This document shows positions 1 through 9,389 of a DNA stretch of 64,000 nucleotides, one piece after another. Source of the stretch: a virus (Duplodnaviria; Caudoviricetes); IMG/VR virus record IMGVR_UViG_3300037840_000041, positions 1,549 to 65,548 of that record; one strand, 5' to 3'. The translations under genes and the position numbers were made by a program. The notes under the pieces were generated by a model. That model ran no database searches and was not told the origin of the DNA. It saw nothing but the letters and a program-made list of their open reading frames with translations. The number at the start of each line of letters is the position of its first letter. The stretch's first letter is position 1.

Positions 1-12
1 GCTGAATCAAGA

Positions 13-675
13 TCAGGCGCTCGGGACACCGAGTTGCGCGCTGATGATCGTGTTGGCGGCGATGCAAATGAAGATCGCCCGTTTAGCGTTCGTCAGTGTC
101 ACCGCGGTGTTTGCTCCCGCGCCATCTATGTTGCCTCCCGTGGCGGGCCAGACGGCGGCCGGGTTTGCCCCGCTGTTGATGACGATCGCGAACTGCCCCG
201 GCGTCAGGGCGGGCAGCTTCACGGCGTCTGCGGCATGAGCGCATGTCGCGATGTTGTTGGTCTGCGCAGTGAGAGCCAACGCACCAACTTGGGTTTGCGT
301 TACTGAGGCGACGAGCCCGGTCGCGACGCTCCCGGCCACAAAAGTGAATGTTCCAGGCTCCGGCGTCACCCCGCCGATCGTCGCCCCGTCGATCGTGCCG
401 CTTGTGACTCCGGCGACGCCCGTCAGCGGCGCGGCCGTCCATGTCGGCGAAGCCTGTGTGTTGGTGTTCTGATAGAGCGCCTTGTTCGTCGTATCGACGA
501 GCAAATCGCCTGGTAACGCGAGGCCGGCCTTCGTGCCGGATGTGCCGTTCGTCGGCGCGCCGGCATTCGACCAGAGATTTGCGTTTGGCGTGCCGTCGAA
601 ATTGATAATGCCGCCCTTGCCGAGATAGATGACATGCGCGCGGATGCGACCCTTGAAGCGGTCAGTGAAACCCAT
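13..675 (-). CDS. Virion structural protein (head decoration/head fibre-like), 220 aa
   Basis: Gly/Thr/Ala-rich beta-type sequence, two genes downstream of the major capsid gene; purine-rich RBS (GGAGAG) upstream. Confidence 0.6.
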   Translation of the reverse strand: MGFTDRFKGRIRAHVIYLGKGGIINFDGTPNANLWSNAGAPTNGTSGTKAGLALPGDLLVDTTNKALYQNTNTQASPTWTAAPLTGVAGVTSGTIDGATIGGVTPEPGTFTFVAGSVATGLVASVTQTQVGALALTAQTNNIATCAHAADAVKLPALTPGQFAIVINSGANPAAVWPATGGNIDGAGANTAVTLTNAKRAIFICIAANTIISAQLGVPSA

Positions 676-738
676 TTCTCTCTCCTGCTTTGGTTTTAAT
701 TCTAAGGAGGTGCCATCGTCGGCTGGCGCCCGGCCGCC

Positions 739-1245
739 TTACTCAACCGGGCCGTTATCGCCCGGGGAACCCTGTGACGGCACCGGCGGGGAACCTTTGG
801 CCCGTTTGGGCTGCTTCCGGCGGCGTACCGCGGGCCGTGAAGGGCGCTTTGCCGGGGCAGCCGCCGCCTGTGGGGCGGGTTTACCCTCACGGGCCAGTTG
901 TGTCGCCACATACTCGGCCGCCGCATCCTTGGCCACGCCATCCTGCAGCAAAACGCCCTTGATCACCCGGTATTTGCCGAAGCCGATGGTGACGATGTGA
1001 TAGTCGCCCTCGACCGCGGCCAGCGCCGGCCCATCGGCGGCCGGCCCGCGGACCTGCACGGACTTCGGCCAGACGGTGATCATCCGGTTTTCGATCAGCG
1101 CATTCCGGTTGGCCGTCGCCATCGACGCCAGATCGGCATGCGAAAGCGGATCGCCGCGGACGCGCTCCTTGCCGTTGATCGTCACCCGCCGCTCAGCGCG
1201 GCCGTGATCAATGTCCTCGATTCGCATCGGCGCGAAAATGCTCAT
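739..1245 (-). CDS. Hypothetical protein in head module, basic Pro-rich C-terminus
   Basis: ORF co-oriented between the capsid and decoration genes. Confidence 0.65.
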   Translation of the reverse strand: MSIFAPMRIEDIDHGRAERRVTINGKERVRGDPLSHADLASMATANRNALIENRMITVWPKSVQVRGPAADGPALAAVEGDYHIVTIGFGKYRVIKGVLLQDGVAKDAAAEYVATQLAREGKPAPQAAAAPAKRPSRPAVRRRKQPKRAKGSPPVPSQGSPGDNGPVE

Positions 1246-1278
1246 GGTGAATCTCGCTCAGGGTCTATGATTGGAAAT

Positions 1279-1345
1279 GCGGTGTGCGCCCAATCTCGCC
1301 AACTGCCCTGCAGCGCTGGTTCGACTTTTTGCTGGCGCACACCGC
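1279..1345. repeat. 12-bp perfect inverted repeat (GCGGTGTGCGCC/GGCGCACACCGC) downstream of the capsid gene
   Basis: Arms at 1279-1290 and 1334-1345, read directly. Confidence 0.7.
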
Positions 1346-1364
1346 CCCTCGATCCCCAAAGGGA

Positions 1365-2360
1365 TCAAGCCACAATCGAAGCGAAGTAGTAGCCGCAATC
1401 CACGCCGACAGCCTGCATGTCGAAGGCCATCTCGCACTCGTTGCGGATCGTCCCGATGCCCCGGAGAGGGACCGGGATTTGATAGGTCGCCACGCCGAGG
1501 TTATTGAGGCCTTCGGCCAGCCCCGACCACGCGAACGTGTAGCCGGCGGTCGGCACCATGATGCCGGGTGCCTTCGCGCGGTAGCAGAGCAGAGCACTCT
1601 TTCCCATCACGAAGTTCATCGTGGCGGCCTGGCCTTCGTTGGCGGAGTTATAGACCGCCTTCGAGACAAGGATCTCCTCGATATCGAACGCCTCGGCGAG
1701 CAGCTGCGGCGTGATCTTCCCCGCAAATGCCGGGTTGGTGTATTTGATGCGGTCGATCACCAGCGGATGCTTGCGCAATGCTTGGTAGACCGGCCACGCC
1801 ATCACCAGGATATTCGGCTCGAGCCCGGTGTTCTGCAGCACCGTGGTCTGCCCGAGCGCGATATCCGAGAACGGATCGCCGTTCGCATCATCAGACCATT
1901 GATAGGTCTGGTTTGCACCCGGTGCAGCGGCCACGCCGGTGACATCGGTGCCCCACAGTCCTGTCTTGAGGAAGGTGGAGACGAAGACCCGATCGCGACG
2001 GATCAACATCTTCTGCATCAGTTGGCGGGTCGACACCATGTCGAGATCGACAGCCGGGTCCGCGTTGGCGCGAATCTGACGGCCGATGTCCTGATGCAGT
2101 GCCCAGACCTTGGCGGAGTAGGACTGCGTCGTCAGGCCGACGCCGGTGCCGGCGGATTCCGTGGCGTCGGCGCGTAGCTGCGCCTCGTCGCGGAAGAAGT
2201 CAGCCTTCGACCATACGAAATACAGATCGGTCTGATGCTGGACGGGGACAAGCGGGAAGACCTTGTCCGCGATGTAACTCGACTCATCTTGCCAGTAGGC
2301 AACAGCGACATCCGTTAGCGCAGCGGCTACGTGGACGTCGCCAACATTGGGTTGCGGCAT
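1365..2360 (-). CDS. Major capsid protein (HK97 fold, capsid E-like family)
   Basis: 331 aa; 'LTDVAVAY..YIADKVFPLVPV' N-terminus and 'P+SDI...G..PN.LV....+.AL..HP.VI.RIKY' motifs; follows scaffold and cement genes. Confidence 0.9.
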   Translation of the reverse strand: MPQPNVGDVHVAAALTDVAVAYWQDESSYIADKVFPLVPVQHQTDLYFVWSKADFFRDEAQLRADATESAGTGVGLTTQSYSAKVWALHQDIGRQIRANADPAVDLDMVSTRQLMQKMLIRRDRVFVSTFLKTGLWGTDVTGVAAAPGANQTYQWSDDANGDPFSDIALGQTTVLQNTGLEPNILVMAWPVYQALRKHPLVIDRIKYTNPAFAGKITPQLLAEAFDIEEILVSKAVYNSANEGQAATMNFVMGKSALLCYRAKAPGIMVPTAGYTFAWSGLAEGLNNLGVATYQIPVPLRGIGTIRNECEMAFDMQAVGVDCGYYFASIVA

Positions 2361-2447
2361 CTTGAAGCTCCGTTGATGAAAGCCACGTCAGGGCGCGCAG
2401 CGGGTGAGATTGGTTTTGCTTGCCCAAGGCGTCAGAAGGCCGAAAGA

Positions 2448-2858
2448 TCAGGGCGCGATGATCGTCCCATTGAACACGCGAACGCTGGCGATGTCGCCCA
2501 ACGCGCCGGCCATCTTGGCCTTTGCGATGGCCAACTGGCCGGTGGTCGCGGTAACGAGCCTGGCCGACGAGTCGGTCGTCAGGTAGTCGCCAGCAGCAAC
2601 CGTGCCGCCATAGACGGCCTTGCACTCGCCTTCGAAACACACGTCGCAGGAATCGCCCGATACCGGCGCGTTCTGCAGGATGCCGTCCGAACGCGCGTTG
2701 GCGCCGGCGACGAGCAGGTAGGTGCGGTCGGCCGCGGTCGAGAATTTGACAGCGAGGAATTGCGCGCTGCCGTTCGGACCGGCGAGGCCGGCGGTCTTGG
2801 AGAAGTTTGCGCCGGCAATCGAATTGCCATCGCGTAGCATTACGCCTTCGGTCGACAT
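2448..2858 (-). CDS. Capsid cement/decoration protein (DUF2190-like)
   Basis: 136 aa with 'GILQNAP..G....V...G..K...GGTVAAGD.LTTD..AR.V.A' motif, directly upstream of the capsid gene. Confidence 0.8.
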   Translation of the reverse strand: MSTEGVMLRDGNSIAGANFSKTAGLAGPNGSAQFLAVKFSTAADRTYLLVAGANARSDGILQNAPVSGDSCDVCFEGECKAVYGGTVAAGDYLTTDSSARLVTATTGQLAIAKAKMAGALGDIASVRVFNGTIIAP

Positions 2859-2893
2859 GATTGTCAGCCTTTCGTTTGGAGGGAGGACCGATA

Positions 2894-2920
2894 GAAGCGC
2901 GCCCTTGCGGAGCGCGCTTC
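2894..2920 (-). terminator. Stem-loop between scaffold and cement genes
   Basis: GAAGCGCGC/GCGCGCTTC 9-bp inverted repeat; U-tract weak. Confidence 0.4.
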
Positions 2921-2950
2921 AAGTCCGGGTTTGCAGGATGGTTGGAAAGA

Positions 2951-4282
2951 TCAGGCGGCGACGGCGCCCATCTTCTGCAGGCGCTCGTGCCGGTTCTTGG
3001 CAACGAGCTCCGCATTCGCCGGGTCGGACATCACCTTGTTGACCGCCTGATGCATCGACAGCTTGGCGCCGGCTTCGGTCTTGCGCAGCTCCTCGGCCTT
3101 GGCGCGAATCTGCGCGTAGGCGTCGGTCGGGACCGTGGTGCTGGACGACCCGAACTCCTTGAACAAAGCGCCCGTGTCGACCTGCGTCCGCAGCGACTTT
3201 ATCAGCTGCTCGTGCTTGGCGATGGCCTCCTTGTCGCCGCCGTAGGCCTTGCGCATCACTTCCCCATGCTCCTCCGGCAACCCGAGATCAGTGGCGCGCT
3301 TGGCGAACGCCGCTACTTCGTCGCGCTTTTCGAACTCGGACAGCCGCTTCTTGAGATCGGCCGACTCCGTCTGCAGCGCCTTGACCACCGGGCTTTCACT
3401 GACCGCGGTCGGATCGAGTGCCTTTGCGGCTTTCTTCTTGCCCATCTCTTCATCGCGCTGCGCTGGCGTCATATCCGCGAACTTGTCCTTCGCGTCCTCG
3501 CTGTCGAGCGTGGCCATGTGCGCCTTGTGATCGTCCGACATCTTGAGCACACTGATCTCGCGGGCCATCTTGGCGACCTTCGTCAGAAGATCGGCCTTTT
3601 CCTTCTTCTCCTTGTCGTCGGCCTCTTTCCGCTTGCGCTCGGCCTCGGCCTTCTCGGCTTCAGTCATGGTCGAATCTCCTTTGACCGTGGGGATAGCCGC
3701 GGATGCGGCCAGGAAGTCGTCGCGCTTATCGGTCGGCACGAGGCCGGCGAGATGCTCGACGCATTGGGACAGGGACTTCTCGACGGCCGCCAACTGAGCA
3801 TCGCCGTCCAGATTCTTCTCGATGTTGCCGAGCGCGATGGCCATGGCCTTCGCGGCCGCTTTCACCTTCGCATCATCGGCGCCGAGTTCGCAGGCCTTCG
3901 CCATGATCGCCGCCAGCGCGTGGCTGGCGTCGTCGCGCTTCTCCCAGGTATTGGGGATCGCATCCTTCATGCCCATGGCCTCGGCGCGCGCCTTGATGTG
4001 GGCCTTGGCCTTCTCCGGATCCTTGGCGCGGCCGATCGCGCGAATGGCGTTGTGCAGATCGGACTCGTTGGCTATCGGATAACTTCCATCCGGCAATGCT
4101 GTACCTGCGTCGGCCATCTGCGATCGCTGCTTGTCGCTGAAGTTGCGCTTCCAGTACGGCTCAGGCTCAGTGCCAAGGTCGCGCTTCATCATCACGACGT
4201 TGACGCCGTGGCCAGCACCGCGATCGACCGACGACACTTCCTTGATCTTCAATCGCATGAGCAGATTTGGCATCAGCATCAC
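2951..4282 (-). CDS. Capsid scaffolding protein with N-terminal DUF6582-like domain
   Basis: 'EVSSVDRGA' start, 'ALPDGSYPI....DLHNAIRAIGRAKDP...KAHIKARA' domain, long charged coiled coil; upstream of cement and capsid genes. Confidence 0.75.
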   Translation of the reverse strand: MMLMPNLLMRLKIKEVSSVDRGAGHGVNVVMMKRDLGTEPEPYWKRNFSDKQRSQMADAGTALPDGSYPIANESDLHNAIRAIGRAKDPEKAKAHIKARAEAMGMKDAIPNTWEKRDDASHALAAIMAKACELGADDAKVKAAAKAMAIALGNIEKNLDGDAQLAAVEKSLSQCVEHLAGLVPTDKRDDFLAASAAIPTVKGDSTMTEAEKAEAERKRKEADDKEKKEKADLLTKVAKMAREISVLKMSDDHKAHMATLDSEDAKDKFADMTPAQRDEEMGKKKAAKALDPTAVSESPVVKALQTESADLKKRLSEFEKRDEVAAFAKRATDLGLPEEHGEVMRKAYGGDKEAIAKHEQLIKSLRTQVDTGALFKEFGSSSTTVPTDAYAQIRAKAEELRKTEAGAKLSMHQAVNKVMSDPANAELVAKNRHERLQKMGAVAA

Positions 4283-4533
4283 TCCACTGTTGCACGGCGC
4301 CGACGTTTCTCTTTCGCAGTGGCACGCAATCCCAAGCGACCGCTATCGGAGAACCGCCGGCACCATTCGTCGAATTCATCTTTTGTAAGCGAGTATCGTT
4401 CCAGCGCGCTCTCTAATGAGATCATGCCTCCGCGCACAGCTAGAACGATGTATTCTCTATGCCGCGAGCACCAATTCTTCAGGTCGCGCGGCGGCAGTGC
4501 GATAATGTTTCCGTGGCTATCCCTGACAGTCAC
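4279..4533 (-). CDS. sciP: SciP / DUF1153 family CtrA-inhibitor homologue
   Basis: LPP....W.......V.AVRGG..SL..A.ERY.LT.DEF..W......G..GLR.T matches the SciP pattern; start and stop overlap both neighbours. Confidence 0.85.
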   Translation of the reverse strand: MTVRDSHGNIIALPPRDLKNWCSRHREYIVLAVRGGMISLESALERYSLTKDEFDEWCRRFSDSGRLGLRATAKEKRRRRATVE

Positions 4534-5609
4534 GGAATCTCCATCGACATCGACTCGCCGCCGATCGAGAACTCGGGCAAGCGGCCGGCCTTGTGCTCAG
4601 CCCACACCGCAGCGTCATCGATCTTGTATCCAACCATCCACCCCGACACTTCCTGACCGTGCTGATTCTTGAGGCTGAGCGTGTAGCCGTGCTTCAGATA
4701 GGCCGCGCGCTTCTCGTCGGTGATCACGAAGGACTCAATCAGCCTGCCGGTGCCGGTGATCTTGTGCATGTGGCCATGATCGCGCGCCTCGAGCACGTAG
4801 TCGTAGACCGCATCTTCCAATTCCTCGGTTGGAATCACATCGTTTTGCTTGTCAATGATCAGCTTGCCGTCCGCTTCAGCAGTGGACGCCACACCGAATA
4901 TCATTTGGCGATCGGCATCCGCGGATTTGTTGAGCATCGTGACGGGCATCGTCCAGTCTTTCGCCAGCGTCTCATCTTCACCTGAGAGCTTGCAATATTT
5001 GCAGTCGATCGACGTTTCGCCGTCGAGTAATGATGCAGCCGCGCGATGATGACCATCCGCGATATAATTCTTGCCGTCGTTGCGAACCACAGTCGGCAGC
5101 TTCGAATAACCGTTGGCCTGCATGTCCGCGACCTTCTCTGGCGAGACGCGCGGCTGCATCGCGACCAGCGACTTGATCGGGACCTTCCGGGTCGGCAGAT
5201 CGTCGGGGTTGGTCAGTGCGGCGAAGAACTTGCGGGATTGCTCTGGCGGTATCTTGTCGAGCGCCTGGGCATCATATGGGAACGGCGTGTGCGCGCCGCC
5301 GTCCGGGTGCGGCTTCAATGCTGGCGCGCCGCTCTTGCCGATCTCGGTGAAAGCATTCGCGAGGTGAGCGTGTATATGCAGCGGAGCAGACGAAATTATC
5401 TCGTCGAATCCCTTGATCGTCGAGATCGGCTCTTCCTCAATCACCTCGGTAAATGTCAGCGGCTTGCGCTTGGGCTTCTTGTCGTTGCCGAGCGATGTGG
5501 CTACGTGCACATCGCCGACCGTGGCCATGTCCTTCGCCAGCGCCGAATTGAAATCCGGGTCGCGGTTCATCAGCGCCAGCGCTTCGGCGCTCAAAGTCAT
5601 CTGGTTCAT
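4530..5609 (-). CDS. Prohead protease (XkdF-like) fused to an internal ParB/Srx-like domain
   Basis: Start refined to ATG 5609 (ATGA overlap). 'SLVAMQPRV...LPTVVR.DGK.YIADGHHRAAA' is ParB-like; C-terminal 'IFGVAS..IDKQND.I..ELE.AVY.Y...MH...G.LIES..GW..G..I.D..VW...K.G....FSIGG' is XkdF-like. Confidence 0.8.
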   Translation of the reverse strand: MNQMTLSAEALALMNRDPDFNSALAKDMATVGDVHVATSLGNDKKPKRKPLTFTEVIEEEPISTIKGFDEIISSAPLHIHAHLANAFTEIGKSGAPALKPHPDGGAHTPFPYDAQALDKIPPEQSRKFFAALTNPDDLPTRKVPIKSLVAMQPRVSPEKVADMQANGYSKLPTVVRNDGKNYIADGHHRAAASLLDGETSIDCKYCKLSGEDETLAKDWTMPVTMLNKSADADRQMIFGVASTAEADGKLIIDKQNDVIPTEELEDAVYDYVLEARDHGHMHKITGTGRLIESFVITDEKRAAYLKHGYTLSLKNQHGQEVSGWMVGYKIDDAAVWAEHKAGRLPEFSIGGESMSMEIP

Positions 5610-5842
5610 GCTGCATGCCTCTTGCTGGCGTGCACGCGACGCGAACGGGATTTCGCGCGCATCGCTACGCGCGGAGAGAGACCGCTCTTCTTGCGATCCC
5701 ATCCGTGATGTTGCTTGCCTCGGCGAATGAATATCGGCGCGTCGATCTTTTGCTTTATCTGCAGCGGACCATGTTCTCCGAAGCTCAGCGCCGCCATCGC
5801 GGCAAATGCTGCTTTTGCCAGATAAGATTGCTTGTACATCAC
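5606..5842 (-). CDS. Small basic hypothetical protein
   Basis: Start and stop overlap MuF and protease genes. Confidence 0.55.
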   Translation of the reverse strand: MMYKQSYLAKAAFAAMAALSFGEHGPLQIKQKIDAPIFIRRGKQHHGWDRKKSGLSPRVAMRAKSRSRRVHASKRHAA

Positions 5843-6912
5843 GAATCCTCTTCTGCAGGAATGAGGTCGATATTTGTTTCGTAAGAAATCGTACAACGAC
5901 ACGCGGGATGAGTACCTGACGGCGGATCGTCAACTGGGCCGTCATCGGACTGGAAATCTTCACGGAGCCCAACTCCGTTAGGATTGTTTTCGACAATGGA
6001 GAGACAAAGTGGGCAGACCCTTTCGTCCATCGCGATTTGCCAGAAGCGGGTCACCGCTTCAGCCGGCATCACACCACGATCAACCGCTTGCGTGTAGCCC
6101 TCTCGCAGCCCGGTGTTGCCGGCGCGCAATGATTCAGTGCGCGCGATCGTGTTGGCGCGGTAGTCGAGATAATTCTCCAGATACGCATCGACTGCCTTGT
6201 CCATGAATTCATCGGACAGGAAGTCGCCGCTGTCGATCGCGTCCTGTATGTCGGCATCGAGCGTCGTATCGCGAAGTGCCCTTTGCAGCGCATTCGAATC
6301 AAGCGACTCGAGGTCGCGGCGATAGTTGGCAACGGCCTGCGCCTGGTTGGGTGTCAGCGCGATCGTATCGCGGATGTTCTTGGCGATATCGTCAAAGCTG
6401 TCGCCTGCCCGAACTCCGTCCAGCACCACCGATGAGATCGTGGCCTTGGCCTGATCCGACAGATCGGTGATCAACCCATCGAGAATTTCGTGCAACCGCT
6501 TTTGCGTCTCCGGGTCGAAGCGGTCGAAGTTGAAACCGACATCGGTTGAGCCGGCGACATCCTTGCGGAATCCTGGCGGGCGATATCGCAGGCTCCGTCC
6601 CCTCAGTCTTGACCTGATCTCGCCCGCGCCATGCTCAGCTGCCTGCAGATGGAGATCGCCAAGATGGCCGATCGGCTCCTTGAGCACTTCTTTCCAATGA
6701 GCGAACGGGATGGCGTCAAATACCGCGCCCGCCTTCCCGCCCCTTTTCAGCTTTTCCGCGATCTCCTTTACCGGGACGATCAAGCCGAGATGCTTCAGCG
6801 CCAAATGAAACGACGCCTTGATCTTTTTCTCCTCACGCTCGGCAAGTGCTCTGATCGGATCGTCTTTGGCCTGCCAGCGCTCGACCGGCGTCAGCGCGCG
6901 GAGGCGCGCCAT
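5839..6912 (-). CDS. Phage minor head / MuF-like head morphogenesis protein
   Basis: Start refined to ATG 6912; 'RANTIARTE...W.IAMDERVCPLC...HPACRCT' MuF signature. Confidence 0.88.
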   Translation of the reverse strand: MARLRALTPVERWQAKDDPIRALAEREEKKIKASFHLALKHLGLIVPVKEIAEKLKRGGKAGAVFDAIPFAHWKEVLKEPIGHLGDLHLQAAEHGAGEIRSRLRGRSLRYRPPGFRKDVAGSTDVGFNFDRFDPETQKRLHEILDGLITDLSDQAKATISSVVLDGVRAGDSFDDIAKNIRDTIALTPNQAQAVANYRRDLESLDSNALQRALRDTTLDADIQDAIDSGDFLSDEFMDKAVDAYLENYLDYRANTIARTESLRAGNTGLREGYTQAVDRGVMPAEAVTRFWQIAMDERVCPLCLSIVENNPNGVGLREDFQSDDGPVDDPPSGTHPACRCTISYETNIDLIPAEEDS

Positions 6913-7031
6913 TTCAAGAGCCGCCCAAGCTAGCGAATACCGGCATGTCGCTGATGTACCAACGGAGGGCCCACGCCGAGGCGCTGCTGAACAGAAAAAA
7001 CAGCGCCACAGCAGCAATCCTTTCCTGCATC

Positions 7032-7331
7032 TCAGGCTTTGGCGGCCAATGAAGCCGACACGTTGATGCTGACCGCCGTCAGAAGCAGATCAGTCACAAC
7101 AGCCGAACCGTAGTCCCCGCTCCAGCTCACCGAGCCACTGACGGACACGTAGAAATCTTTGCCGCCCGCATCGTCTGGCAGCACGCCGAGAAACGCTTCG
7201 ACTGCTGTCTCCGCCTGCTTGCGATCGGCAGCGTGGATCGGCTGGCTGGCCACCACGTCGTTGAGCTGGGCAGCGACGGCCGCCATAGCTGCATCTTTCG
7301 TGGCCCCGCGCGCGCTGAATGAGTACGACAT
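7032..7331 (-). CDS. Conserved-looking hypothetical protein, 99 aa
   Basis: ATG 7331 with GGAG RBS; co-oriented. Confidence 0.65.
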   Translation of the reverse strand: MSYSFSARGATKDAAMAAVAAQLNDVVASQPIHAADRKQAETAVEAFLGVLPDDAGGKDFYVSVSGSVSWSGDYGSAVVTDLLLTAVSINVSASLAAKA

Positions 7332-7374
7332 CAATTGTCTCCAAGGTTGCCGCCAGCGGACATGCCGACGGAAA

Positions 7375-7701
7375 TCAGTAGAACGCTCCCGGCCGGGCGA
7401 TCTCCGGCTCGTCATTGTTGTTCACATCGACGCAGCGCCCACCGCGAATATAGCCATGCCAGCATCCGCCGCAGTTGATCGAGGGCGCGAACGATGGTGC
7501 GGCCCGGTTATGATCCCAATCCCATTGAGCAACGCCGCCGTTCTTTCCTCGCGGGTCCCGCTTCAGGTTGGTCTTGCCGGCGATCACGATGCCTTCGCAA
7601 CGTCGATTGTGCTTCGGACAGTTGAAGCTGAAGGTCTGCTCAGCGCCGGCCGCCGCCGGATCGCCTTCGATTGTTGCAAAGCGAACCTTCGCATCACTCA
7701 T
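7375..7701 (-). CDS. DUF6527-like zinc-binding protein
   Basis: 'F.CP...C....W.WD.N...PSF.PSI.C..CWHGYIR.G' pattern; ATGA overlap with portal. Confidence 0.7.
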   Translation of the reverse strand: MSDAKVRFATIEGDPAAAGAEQTFSFNCPKHNRRCEGIVIAGKTNLKRDPRGKNGGVAQWDWDHNRAAPSFAPSINCGGCWHGYIRGGRCVDVNNNDEPEIARPGAFY

Positions 7702-9389
7702 GGCCGTACCCGCCGGCGCTTCTTGCCATAGCTCGTCGCCGAGCCACCCATGTGCATGATCCGCCGCGCGATCGACGCGGCAATGCGCTTCTGAAGATCG
7801 GTCGTCGGCGCCGTCTTATTCTCGTTGGTCGCCGGGAATTCCGGAGTTGCGACCTGGCCGATAGATTCGGCTTCAGCCGCAGCTCGGCTGGCGTCCATCA
7901 CCAAACCGAAGTCATCGTCTTCAGAGATGTCGGGCATGCCGGCGGCGTCCGAAAGATATTCCTGCAGCGTCTCGTTCGGGAACAGCGGCATCCCCGCTTG
8001 GCTGAGCCGCAAGATGAAGTTGGACAGCACGTCGAGATCTTGCCGCTGCGGCATGTCCGGGTGAATCGTCGGGTTGCCCTCCGGGTCCAGGCCGTTCAAA
8101 TCGGACAGCCGAGGGATGCCGTATCGATTCATCACGTCGGCATTCGAATTGAGAAAGCCCTCCATCGCCTGAAAGAACATGTCGACCTTGGACGTCGCCA
8201 AAGATTGCGTGCCGCGGCTTTGGTGGCCCAGCTGAATGAAGTCAGCCAAGACGCTCGACATCATGTTGATGTTGTAGCGGGTGATCGCCTTGTCGGAGTC
8301 GACGGCCTGTCCGCGACCGCCCTTCGGCACTGTCAACTCAAACCGATATTGTGCAGCGCCCCCGCCGGCTGATCCTGACGAGCCTTCCCAAATATCGGAC
8401 GGCAACAGCAAGCCCATCTGTTCGTCGATGCGCACGTTGGTGACGATGTTCTTCCACGTCTGGACCTGCATCGCCGCGTTGGCGTCGGCGCCGGACGCGG
8501 CGCGGTCCATCAGTTCTTTCGGCAAGTAGACCGTGGGGATGCCGCCCATGCGCTCGAACAGGATGGCCTCAAGTTCTTCCATCCTATTTGCGAGATAATA
8601 GCTGCGATAAGCACCTCTGAGAATTGATTTTCCTTCCGGTGAATTCTTGTGCGAACTGGGCCGGAACAATAGCATTTTTTCTATCGGCAGATCGATGATC
8701 GGCCCGGTCCAAGGCTGTTGCGTCATCCCCTGAATTTCGCCGTTCGGCCCAAAGAACCACTTCAGGATCGTCTCTTGCCCGCGCAATGGAAGGCGGCGCC
8801 AACGGATCAGCCCGTCGTCGAACTGGCTCCTTGGTAATTCCATTCCAGTCTGCTGGTCAACGCCAGGCTGACGACCGAGTGATCTCTTGTAGACGATCTC
8901 ATGCGGTGCATAGCCATAGCTCAGCATCGACAATTGTTCGGTGACGAAGTCTGACCAGGTGTGGCTGCAATCGTCCATGCAGCCCTCGATAAATTCCGCC
9001 TGATAAGCGCCCTTCGGCGAATCGTCCGCAGGCTCGACGCGCCAATCTACCTTGCGCATCGCCGAATTGATTGCGAACAAGATCGCGCTGATCGTCGCAT
9101 TATTGTCCTGCATCTCCCGATAGACGCGCGCCGATTGGCGGCCCATCAGCTGCGGCAGGAATTCCTCTCGCACCCAGCCCGAGAACTGGCGAAGGCCCGA
9201 GCTGCCGATATCCTTGAACAACATTCCGTTGTTGAACGTCGGCGCCACACCGAATCCGCCGCCATAGTTCGGGTTGGCGACGGACCGCGCCGTCGACATC
9301 GGCGGCTGCGGGAATATTTGCGACGGCGACCGCACCATCGGCACGCCAGCTTTTTCAAAGCTGGTTTCGATCGTCATCCGGTAGCTCAT
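7698..9389 (-). CDS. Portal protein (DUF935-like)
   Basis: 563 aa after TerL; 'IGSSGL..F.G.V.EEFL..L.G......Y.EM', 'MLSYGY..HEIVYK', 'NSPEG.SILR.AY'. Confidence 0.9.
   Translation of the reverse strand: MSYRMTIETSFEKAGVPMVRSPSQIFPQPPMSTARSVANPNYGGGFGVAPTFNNGMLFKDIGSSGLRQFSGWVREEFLPQLMGRQSARVYREMQDNNATISAILFAINSAMRKVDWRVEPADDSPKGAYQAEFIEGCMDDCSHTWSDFVTEQLSMLSYGYAPHEIVYKRSLGRQPGVDQQTGMELPRSQFDDGLIRWRRLPLRGQETILKWFFGPNGEIQGMTQQPWTGPIIDLPIEKMLLFRPSSHKNSPEGKSILRGAYRSYYLANRMEELEAILFERMGGIPTVYLPKELMDRAASGADANAAMQVQTWKNIVTNVRIDEQMGLLLPSDIWEGSSGSAGGGAAQYRFELTVPKGGRGQAVDSDKAITRYNINMMSSVLADFIQLGHQSRGTQSLATSKVDMFFQAMEGFLNSNADVMNRYGIPRLSDLNGLDPEGNPTIHPDMPQRQDLDVLSNFILRLSQAGMPLFPNETLQEYLSDAAGMPDISEDDDFGLVMDASRAAAEAESIGQVATPEFPATNENKTAPTTDLQKRIAASIARRIMHMGGSATSYGKKRRRVRP

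Noticed and set aside
2861-4672. 603-aa plus-strand ORF
   Set aside because: Antisense shadow of the scaffold and SciP genes in high-GC DNA; no motifs
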